Both the position numbers and the translations under genes were made by a program. The notes under the pieces were generated by a model. It searched no databases, had not been told where the DNA came from, and was given only the letters and a program-made list of their open reading frames with translations. Below are positions 1-6,730 of a stretch of 64,000 nucleotides of DNA, piece after piece (the first letter of the stretch is position 1; every line of letters begins with the position of its first letter). Origin of the DNA: Paludibacteraceae bacterium (GTDB lineage Bacteria > Bacteroidota > Bacteroidia > Bacteroidales > Paludibacteraceae); the NCBI GenBank assembly GCA_017546705.1, contig JAFYSB010000008.1:4741-68740 (forward strand). The letters are read 5' to 3'.

Positions 1-1974
1 GCTATTACTTCTGTTCAATTTACATGTACTGCAGAAGGAGACGCTCAGTATGGTCCTGGTTGTTTCACAGTTGCTGACGGTAGCTATACCTATTCAGGAG
101 CAGTAGGTACATGGACAGGTAGCGCAACTGAGATTACCTTCTCTGCAACTACTAACCAAGTGCGTGCTAGTCAGATCGTTGTAGCGATTGACGGCGATGT
201 AATCCCTGGCGGTGGCAATGGTGGTGGCAACGACAACGATAGTACAGGTACTGTACCTCCAGCAGAAGGCGTGATCACTTGTGCACAAGCAGTAGAGATC
301 TGCAAGGCTACTGGTGAAACTGCTACTACAGAGACATACACCATTCGTGGTTATGTAACAGAGATTAAAGAGGCTTATACCACTCAATATGGCAACGTAT
401 CTTGCTGGATGGCAGACGAAAAAGGTGGTGGGCAGGTATTTCTTGCTTTCCGTGTGAAACCAGTGAATGCAGCAGACCAAGCCGTAAAAGTAAACGATTA
501 TATTGAGGTTAAAGGTAACTTGGTAAACTATTATGGTAATACTCCAGAGACTACTGCAGGTGGTAGTATGACCATTATTACCGTAGGCGAAGAAGGTGAG
601 AAGCCAAGTTTGCCAGAAGGTTTGACTGGTGATGGAACAAAGGAGAACCCATTTACTGTAGAGGACGTACTTCTTTTGAATAACAACTTTGCTGGTCCTT
701 ATTATGTAAAAGCATTTATTGTGGGTCAAGTGAATGGTGCTTCTTTAGAGTCAGGTGCTGAGTTTGACGCTCCATTTACACCAAGTTCTAACTCAACAAC
801 AGGTGAACAATACACTTATGGTACTAACCTCATCGTAGCTTCAAGTGTTGATATTACCGATGTGGCAAAATGCGTTCCTGTGCAATTGCCTGCAGGCGAT
901 TTACGCACTAACTTCAACTTGCCAGAGAATCCAGATATGCATGGTCAAGAAGTGTTGATTTGTGGTAGTTTGCAGAAGTATTTCTCTGTTCCAGGTATCA
1001 AATCTCCAACTTCTATTGAGTTGTTAAGTGAAGTTTCTAATGTGGTGAATGTTAAAGGTATGCAATATGCAGATGCATATTATTATACAGAGGATGAAAT
1101 AGGTTATTTTGACTTTGATATGTATGTGGATGTAGATCCTGATACATACGAGTATACATATCCTGAATTGTATGTCGCAGTTAAGGCAAATAGCAAAACA
1201 GCCTTGAATGGTACATACGATTTGCTTTATGCCGGTTTGTGGACAAGTGCAAACGACTCTATTGAAATGGGTGAAGCATTAGGTACTGTAACCATTAAGA
1301 ATGTAGATACAGAGGGTAATTATTCTTTCACCGGTTCATTTGTAGGTGCAGATGGCAAGACATACAAATTCAACGATGTAATGTATGTATGGGGCTATGA
1401 TGTAGATACTGATGAAGAAATCGCATTCTCAGAGGAAAGTACAACCCCTCCAACTAACGGCGCTATCGTATTTGATGCTGATACCGATCAAGGTAATGCA
1501 ATTGTCTACACCGAAGGTGCTTCAGGACAAGAATTTACAATCACCAAAGAAGGTCTTACTATAACTGTAAGTTCTGGTCTTCTTGGCACTTATAATAATG
1601 AACACCACTACCGTATTTACAAGAACCAAACTCTGACAGTTACTTCAACTGTAGGCAATATTGCTAAGATTGAGTTTACTTGTACAGCCAATGGCGATGA
1701 GAAGTATGGTCCTGGTTGCTTCACAGCATCTACAGGTGAGTATGGTCATGATGGTGCGGCTGTAGGTACATGGACTGGTGATGCAGCTACTATTACCTTT
1801 ACAGCAAGTGCCAACCAAGTTCGTGCTACTCAAATCGTTGTAACACTTGCAAGTGCAACTGCTGTAGATAATGTAACTGTAGGTGCTACTCCTGTGAAAG
1901 TGATTGAGAATGGTCAGGTATTGATCATCCGTGGCGAGAATATCTACAATGTGCTTGGTGCACAAGTGAAGTAA
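1..1974 (+). CDS. Secreted surface protein with T9SS C-terminal sorting domain (5' end outside the window)
   Basis: Frame 1 is open from nt 1 (AITSVQFTCTAEGDAQYGPGCF...), so the ATG at 160 is internal. The C-terminus ...VIENGQVLIIRGENIYNVLGAQVK looks like a Por/T9SS CTD. A ~65-aa module (FTCTA..GPGCF..GTWTG..ITF..NQVRA.QIVV) occurs at nt 1-190 and again at ~1660-1860. A hairpin terminator follows. Confidence 0.75.
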   Translation, partial: AITSVQFTCTAEGDAQYGPGCFTVADGSYTYSGAVGTWTGSATEITFSATTNQVRASQIVVAIDGDVIPGGGNGGGNDNDSTGTVPPAEGVITCAQAVEICKATGETATTETYTIRGYVTEIKEAYTTQYGNVSCWMADEKGGGQVFLAFRVKPVNAADQAVKVNDYIEVKGNLVNYYGNTPETTAGGSMTIITVGEEGEKPSLPEGLTGDGTKENPFTVEDVLLLNNNFAGPYYVKAFIVGQVNGASLESGAEFDAPFTPSSNSTTGEQYTYGTNLIVASSVDITDVAKCVPVQLPAGDLRTNFNLPENPDMHGQEVLICGSLQKYFSVPGIKSPTSIELLSEVSNVVNVKGMQYADAYYYTEDEIGYFDFDMYVDVDPDTYEYTYPELYVAVKANSKTALNGTYDLLYAGLWTSANDSIEMGEALGTVTIKNVDTEGNYSFTGSFVGADGKTYKFNDVMYVWGYDVDTDEEIAFSEESTTPPTNGAIVFDADTDQGNAIVYTEGASGQEFTITKEGLTITVSSGLLGTYNNEHHYRIYKNQTLTVTSTVGNIAKIEFTCTANGDEKYGPGCFTASTGEYGHDGAAVGTWTGDAATITFTASANQVRATQIVVTLASATAVDNVTVGATPVKVIENGQVLIIRGENIYNVLGAQVK

Positions 1975-1989
1975 TTCTGATGTCCATAT

Positions 1990-2028
1990 AAAAACAAAGG
2001 CTATCCAATTTGGGTAGCCTTTGTTTTT
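1990..2028 (+). terminator. Intrinsic terminator hairpin (A-tract/T-tract, potentially bidirectional)
   Basis: AAAAACAAAGGCTA-loop-TAGCCTTTGTTTTT lies 16 nt after the stop at 1974. Confidence 0.75.
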
Positions 2029-2067
2029 GTTTAGTGAACGCGGCAGGTCGCTACAGTTTAGTGTTTA
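2029..2067. repeat. GTTTAGT-hairpin-GTTTAGT composite repeat, copy A
   Basis: Sequence gtttagtgaacGCGGcaggtCGCtacagtttagtgttta. It overlaps the stop of the minus-strand ORF 2065..2412. Confidence 0.8.
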
Positions 2068-2412
2068 TTGTTGTGTGGTGAAGCGTACTTGCTCGCGGCA
2101 AAAGCGGAACTCAACTGGGCAGTACTTGAAGCCTCGTTCGTTGGTGACAGGTGTGCCCCAAAACAGGTAGGCATGCTGTCCGCGGCGTACATAAGCACCC
2201 TCTTCTTTCCATTGCTCGTAGGTCTTTAGCTCCGCATCCACAAGGTTGTAGCACTCGCGCAGCAGTTGGTTGCAGGTAAATTTGCTGCGACCAGCAGCTT
2301 TGGCCATTTCGACTAAACCATTGGTAATGGTACGAAGGTGAGCACGATAGTCTTGCATTTTGGATGATTGGTTGGTGGTGAAGGTATTCACCTTGTTGGT
2401 AGTAGTTGTCAT
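2065..2412 (-). CDS. Small hypothetical protein, possibly ArdC/DUF1738-N-like
   Basis: 115-aa ORF. The segment TYEQWKEEGAYVRRGQHAYLFWGTPV weakly resembles the ArdC N-terminal ssDNA-binding motif (by eye only). The stop lies inside repeat copy A. Confidence 0.45.
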   Translation of the reverse strand: MTTTTNKVNTFTTNQSSKMQDYRAHLRTITNGLVEMAKAAGRSKFTCNQLLRECYNLVDAELKTYEQWKEEGAYVRRGQHAYLFWGTPVTNERGFKYCPVEFRFCREQVRFTTQQ

Positions 2413-2567
2413 AATCTTGAAAAAAAATGAAAGTGAATATTATATTGGGTTGGCTATGATTTGCATCCAGATGAGGATACTATACATGTTGCTGAAAAAG
2501 TCCTTTGCAGTGTCTTGCAGTGTGGGTTGGTTGAAGTTAAATTCGAGTTGCATAATAGTTAAATTTT

Positions 2568-2620
2568 AGACCGCTTTGCTGTTAGAAGTTAGACCGCTTT
2601 GCTGTCAGACCGCTCACAGA
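2568..2620. repeat. Direct repeats AGACCGCTTTGCTGT (x2) plus a degenerate third copy
   Basis: Copies at 2568-2586, 2591-2609 and 2607-2620, located in the leader region upstream of the minus-strand gene 2065..2412. A related copy is at 49954-49972. Confidence 0.7.
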
Positions 2621-2657
2621 GCTCGCTGTCGGAGTTTGTATTTTTTGTTTGACGGTG

Positions 2658-2665
2658 CAAAGGTA
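2658..2665 (-). promoter_or_regulatory. Candidate Bacteroidota -7 promoter box (TACCTTTG on the minus strand)
   Basis: The plus strand reads CAAAGGTA. It matches TAnnTTTG and lies ~245 nt upstream of the ATG at 2412, which implies a long leader. Confidence 0.4.
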
Positions 2666-2700
2666 CTATAGTAGACTGCTAAAACTTGTCAGTATCTAAG

Positions 2701-2738
2701 AAAAAATGCACTTTTTTTTGAGAAAAGTGCATTTTTTT
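2701..2738 (-). terminator. Hairpin terminator downstream of the WYL gene
   Basis: AAAAAATGCACTTTT-loop-AAAAGTGCATTTTTTT, a perfect stem flanked by A and T tracts. Confidence 0.7.
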
Positions 2739-2795
2739 GTTTAGTGGACGCGGTAAACCGCTACGGTTTAGGGTTTAGAGGCTGGGTTTAAGTTT
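2739..2795. repeat. GTTTAGT-hairpin-GTTTAG composite repeat, copy B
   Basis: Sequence gtttagtggacGCGGtaaaCCGCtacggtttagggtttagagg..., immediately 3' of the stop at 2799. Confidence 0.8.
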
Positions 2796-2798
2796 ACC

Positions 2799-3701
2799 TT
2801 AAACACAGTACATCTCGTAGGCTTTTTGGGCTTCGTTGCGGAAGATGGCTACCAACTCTTCTGGTTCGCGCACGCGGATATCCGTGCCGTGGGTGCGAAG
2901 TTCTTGTATGAAATCAAGAGTAGGGGCAATATAATATTCGAAGAATGTGTTGCCGTGGAATTGGCGAAGTTCCTTTTGCGAATCGTGCAAAGGCAAGAGA
3001 CGAAGGAACTGTGTGGAAGCGGGTGTTGCTTCGATGATGACTTTGGTAGGTGTTGCGTTGCGGAATACACCATAGTATGGGGCGAAGAATGTTTTGGCAT
3101 CAAACTTCTTAGGATAGATGAAGTTTTGGTCAGTAGGACGCATCGTTTGTACGCGATCCAGGGCATAGATGCGTGTTTCGTTAGGATGTGTGGATGGGCA
3201 ACCCGCTACATACCATCGCTGCTTGAAAACCTTGAGGCAGTAGGGCGACAGGGTCAATTCGTACTGCTCTTGGCGGTTGAAACTGTGGTAGGTGAGTTGC
3301 AGTTGCGTGCGGTGGCGAATAGCATCTACAATGAGACTAAGGTACTGCGTGCCTTCAGGGATATCTTCGTAGAGAACGCAGTCGGTGATGTCCTTGGCTT
3401 GGTCCATCATGGAGTGAACAGCCATGGCATTGAGGAACCATTGGCGTGTGCCACCAGATATATCGTCCTTATTCTCAATGTAATAGACATTACCGCGCGA
3501 CTTACTGCAACGGATGTCTACATCAAAAATCTCTTGTATCTCCTCCTTGTAGCGGTGGAACTTACGTTCGGGGAACTCCTCTTCGTGATTATCGTTGTAG
3601 CGGCAATGTGCCCAACGGCGGTTGATGTCATCGCGGGTGAGATTGCCCGATGCAATGGTGTCGATGAGCCAGAAATAAACGTTTACTTGATGTGCGGCCA
3701 T
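2799..3701 (-). CDS. WYL-domain transcriptional regulator
   Basis: 300 aa. N-terminal HTH-like region. The central QRWYVAGC...RIYALDRV is a WYL-domain signature. There is a C-terminal extension typical of HTH-WYL-WCX regulators. Confidence 0.7.
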   Translation of the reverse strand: MAAHQVNVYFWLIDTIASGNLTRDDINRRWAHCRYNDNHEEEFPERKFHRYKEEIQEIFDVDIRCSKSRGNVYYIENKDDISGGTRQWFLNAMAVHSMMDQAKDITDCVLYEDIPEGTQYLSLIVDAIRHRTQLQLTYHSFNRQEQYELTLSPYCLKVFKQRWYVAGCPSTHPNETRIYALDRVQTMRPTDQNFIYPKKFDAKTFFAPYYGVFRNATPTKVIIEATPASTQFLRLLPLHDSQKELRQFHGNTFFEYYIAPTLDFIQELRTHGTDIRVREPEELVAIFRNEAQKAYEMYCV

Positions 3702-3707
3702 AATTGT

Positions 3708-3735
3708 GTTTAGTCTTTAGAGTTTAGTGTTTAGA
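3708..3735. repeat. GTTTAGT-type heptamer run, copy C (no hairpin)
   Basis: Sequence gtttagtctttagagtttagtgtttaga. It contains the stop codon of the U32 gene (3724-3726) and encodes its last residues (..SKH). Confidence 0.7.
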
Positions 3736-5460
3736 GATGCGCATTTCGCAGTTTTTACAGTCGAACTCGAGGGACAGGCGTGTGCCGTTTTGCAAACGGA
3801 GATAGCGAGGTTCGTTTGCCATAGGGTTGATCTTGCGGCAATGACCTAACTCATGGAGTATGCAGTATTTGCAGGTCATGAGGGCAGTTGGCAGTTGGCA
3901 GTTGACAGTTGACAGTTGACAGTTGGCAGTTCTTATCTCGCATATGCTCGAACGATCACTCGCAGAGCTCGTGTACGATAGTTGAGCGTTGACAGTTGAT
4001 GGTTTGTTAATGACCTCTCTGCGCCATTGGTTGAGTTGGCTGGTTGGAATGAAATATGGGAAAGTGTCGGAGCATGGCTGTTCGTTAGCAAAGACTTGGA
4101 CGTCTTTGGCTACGAAATCCGTATCTCCGAGTTTACTAAGTTGCTGAACGATAGTTTGTAATGCGCGCTGTGGGTTGGTGGCTGGTTGATGCTCAGCCAC
4201 GAAAGTAGCGCTGTAATCTCCTATTGTCAAACGATAACCATCTGCTATAGCCTCAAAGCGAATTGCTGTAGGTATTTTGCGTTCAGCACGAAGCGAACGC
4301 AGAAATTCGTTGTCGAGATTGCGGTATAAGTTAGTGCCGACTTTGGGAAGCGATCCTCCTGACCTCCCTTCAAGGGAGGATGGTTGAAGGTTGGGATAAA
4401 TCCAGTCGCCTTCTATGCGGTTGATAGCGAAACCTTTGTCACCATAGCAAATGCCGTCACCATTGTGGAGGGTAATGCCATGCGCAAGTTCTACGCAGAT
4501 GGCGTTGTGTCGGGTAGCAATGACCTTACCAATCTTCTCGCCAGTGGATTTAGGTGTTTGCCAATTGGCCATGTTGGGGGTGCGACCATGCAAGAAGTAG
4601 TCGGTTTGTCCGCGGTGGAAGGTTTTAGCAGGGTTTGGAGTAAAGTCGTAATGATAGACGGATGGAGTAGATGCCTGTGCCAATGCAGGGTTGCTATCTA
4701 TCAGTTGGTCAAGCAATTGGCGATAGTATGCAACGATGTTGGTGACATAATCGCGGTCTTTTAATCGACCTTCAATCTTGAAAGTGGTCACGCCTGCCTC
4801 TATCATCTGAGCCAGGTGCTGGCTGCGGTCCATATCTTGGAGCGAGAGTAGGTAACGTTGGTGGATAGGGGCGCCATGGATATCCAGAATCTCATTGCCA
4901 TTTTTGTCGAGCAGGTCGTATCGTTGTCGGCATAGTTGTGCGCAACATCCGCGGTTGGCACTACGATCCATGAGTGCCTCAGAGAGGTAACAACGGCCAC
5001 TATAGCTCACGCATAAGGCACCGTGGACAAAGGCCTCGAGTTCGATGGACCCCTCCAACTCCCCTTCAAGGGGAGAGTTTTGTATAGTGTAGTTGATTTC
5101 TCTGATTTGGTCAATGGATAGTTCGCGGGCGAGAACTACGCGGCGGAAGCCCAATTGCTGCAAATGAAGTACTTGCTCAGGGGTACGATTGTCGCATTGT
5201 GTAGAGGCATGCAGGCGAATGGGAGGAAGGTCGTAGTTGAGGAGGTTGAGGTCTTGGATGATGAGTGCATCCACTCCCACCTTATATAACTCGTGCGCGA
5301 GCGCACACGCGCGAGGATATTCGTCGTCGTGGAGTAGGGTGTTGAGCGTTACAAGTACCTGAGCACCAAAGCGATGGGCGTATAGGACCAATTCGGCGAT
5401 GTCTTCTAAGGAGTTGCCTGCTGCTTGGCGCGCACCGAACTCGGGCGCACCGATATACAC
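3724..5460 (-). CDS. U32-family peptidase (YegQ/RlhA-like), repeat-riddled and without a canonical start codon for its conserved N-terminus
   Basis: U32 signature EAFVHGALCVSYSGRCYLSE. The conserved N-terminus SILAPARDLEVGIAAIQAGADAV continues in frame upstream of the ATG at 5460 to ~5535, and there is no ATG/GTG/TTG before an in-frame TGA. At least three in-frame repeat insertions are present. Confidence 0.8.
   Translation of the reverse strand: MYIGAPEFGARQAAGNSLEDIAELVLYAHRFGAQVLVTLNTLLHDDEYPRACALAHELYKVGVDALIIQDLNLLNYDLPPIRLHASTQCDNRTPEQVLHLQQLGFRRVVLARELSIDQIREINYTIQNSPLEGELEGSIELEAFVHGALCVSYSGRCYLSEALMDRSANRGCCAQLCRQRYDLLDKNGNEILDIHGAPIHQRYLLSLQDMDRSQHLAQMIEAGVTTFKIEGRLKDRDYVTNIVAYYRQLLDQLIDSNPALAQASTPSVYHYDFTPNPAKTFHRGQTDYFLHGRTPNMANWQTPKSTGEKIGKVIATRHNAICVELAHGITLHNGDGICYGDKGFAINRIEGDWIYPNLQPSSLEGRSGGSLPKVGTNLYRNLDNEFLRSLRAERKIPTAIRFEAIADGYRLTIGDYSATFVAEHQPATNPQRALQTIVQQLSKLGDTDFVAKDVQVFANEQPCSDTFPYFIPTSQLNQWRREVINKPSTVNAQLSYTSSASDRSSICEIRTANCQLSTVNCQLPTALMTCKYCILHELGHCRKINPMANEPRYLRLQNGTRLSLEFDCKNCEMRISKH
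3885..4000. repeat. CAGTTGA/CAGTTGG heptamer arrays flanking a ~47-nt core, inside the U32 CDS
   Basis: Array 3885-3931 (about 7 units) and array 3979-4000. Translated on the minus strand as ..STVNAQL...ANCQLSTVNCQLPT. Confidence 0.85.
4354..4384. repeat. Small palindromic element (CCTCCCTTCAAGGGAGG core) inside the U32 CDS
   Basis: Divergent relative of the 30-nt element at 5048 and 49243. Encodes ..SSLEGRSGGS.. Confidence 0.6.
5048..5077. repeat. 30-nt palindromic element GACCCCTCCAACTCCCCTTCAAGGGGAGAG inside the U32 CDS
   Basis: 29/30 identical to 49243-49272 in the same plus-strand orientation. Read on the minus strand it gives NSPLEGELEGS, inserted just before the conserved EAFVHGALC motif. 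Confidence 0.85.
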
Positions 5461-5527
5461 CGCATCAGCACCCGCTTGGATGGCTGCTATACCTACCTCT
5501 AAGTCGCGGGCAGGAGCGAGGATGGAT

Positions 5528-5564
5528 ATTAATTTTGAATTATTAATTTTGAATGATGAATTAG
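5528..5564. repeat. GAATTAT-family heptamer run at the 5' end of the U32 gene
   Basis: Sequence attaattttgaattattaattttgaatgatgaattag, related to the arrays at 48471 and 49646. Confidence 0.65.
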
Positions 5565-5630
5565 CAGACCCCTCTGGCTTTCAGCCATCTCCCCTAACTT
5601 AGGGGCGAAGTCTTGGGTTAGTAATTTGGG

Positions 5631-6158
5631 TTAGCGGAGCATGTTGCTGAGTTGGTACATTACGATGCCAGCAGTGACACTGACGTTGAGCGAGTGCTTG
5701 GTGCCATACTGCGGAATTTCGATACAGCCATTAGCAGCATCAACCACCTCTTGTTGTACGCCGAATACTTCGTGCCCCATGATGATGGCAGTCTTTTGAT
5801 TTTGAGGGAGTTGCAGGTCGTTAAGCATGGTTGAACCATGTGCCTGCTCGATGGCATAGACGGTGTAACCATCGGCTTGTAGCGCTTTGACTGCATCTAA
5901 AGTATGCTCGAAATAACGCCAGTCCACAGTGAGCTCTGCACCGAGGGCTGTCTTGTGGATCTCGTTGTTGGGTGGGCAGCAGCATATACCGCATAGCCAT
6001 ACACCTTGCAGGCAAAATGCGTCTGCTGTGCGGAAGACAGCGCCAATATTGTGTTGGCTGCGGACATTATCGAGTACCACAATGAGAGGTACTTTCTTAG
6101 CTTCGTGGAATGCCTCTGGGGTGAGGCGGTTCATCTCTTGTATAGTAGTCTTTTGCAT
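5631..6158 (-). CDS. TrmH/SpoU-family RNA 2'-O-methyltransferase
   Basis: 175 aa. Motifs NIGAVFRTADAF, IIMGHEVFGV and IEIPQYGTKHSLNVSVTAGIVMY. Confidence 0.85.
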   Translation of the reverse strand: MQKTTIQEMNRLTPEAFHEAKKVPLIVVLDNVRSQHNIGAVFRTADAFCLQGVWLCGICCCPPNNEIHKTALGAELTVDWRYFEHTLDAVKALQADGYTVYAIEQAHGSTMLNDLQLPQNQKTAIIMGHEVFGVQQEVVDAANGCIEIPQYGTKHSLNVSVTAGIVMYQLSNMLR

Positions 6159-6179
6159 TGCTAACAGATGGGTAACGAA

Positions 6180-6234
6180 TTGTGCGTTTATTGTGCGTGT
6201 ATTGTGCGTGAATAGTGCGTCTATTGTGCGTGAA
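6180..6234. repeat. 11-bp tandem repeat x5 (TTGTGCGTGAA consensus)
   Basis: Units ttgtgcgttta ttgtgcgtgta ttgtgcgtgaa tagtgcgtcta ttgtgcgtgaa. It lies between the trmH-like start and the rimM stop, and the rimM stop is inside unit 4. Confidence 0.85.
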
Positions 6235-6730
6235 AGATAAAGGGTAAGCAGATAGTTAGTAGTTTGTTTTCTTGATCGATGTCGATGATGAAATCTTCAT
6301 GGAGTGGAAGAAGTTGGTCGTTGTCGAGTGTGATGAGTGTGTTGATGGTGGTCTCATCTACGTGTATGATAGTGCCGAGTTCGCCTTGGTCGGTGTCGAG
6401 TACGCGGTAGCCCGTGAGACTCTGCCAAGTAGGTAATAGTTCGTCGTCTTCGCTGAGGTTGGACGCGAGCATATAAGCTTGACAACCAATGAGTTGCTGC
6501 GCCGATTGCTCGTCGTTGATACGATCGAGTTGGAAGATAAGCGAATCGCTACCTTTGCCGCGCCAATCGAGTACGCGGAAGGGAACGAGGATATTGTCGA
6601 TGTTGAGGATGAGGAAGGTAGCCTCTGCGTTGTCCCAATATTCGTTGGTGGTAAGGCATTGAATTTCACCACGTTTGCCGTGTGTGCGGGTGATGCGACC
6701 AATGGATATTACTTGTTCGGTTGTGATCAT
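6221..6730 (-). CDS. rimM: 16S rRNA processing protein RimM
   Basis: 169 aa. N-terminal ISIGRITRTHGKRGEI and a PRC-barrel-like C-terminal half. 4-nt overlap with the upstream helicase gene. Confidence 0.8.
   Translation of the reverse strand: MITTEQVISIGRITRTHGKRGEIQCLTTNEYWDNAEATFLILNIDNILVPFRVLDWRGKGSDSLIFQLDRINDEQSAQQLIGCQAYMLASNLSEDDELLPTWQSLTGYRVLDTDQGELGTIIHVDETTINTLITLDNDQLLPLHEDFIIDIDQENKLLTICLPFIFHAQ

Noticed and set aside
2826-3713. 295-aa plus-strand ORF opposite the WYL regulator gene
   Set aside because: It is an antisense shadow of a gene with clear domain signatures. Its translation is low-complexity with no recognisable motif. The same reasoning applies to 94..729, 29487..30149, 50487..51209, 52594..53406, 58592..59584, 61662..62186 and the other long antisense ORFs inside confidently called genes.
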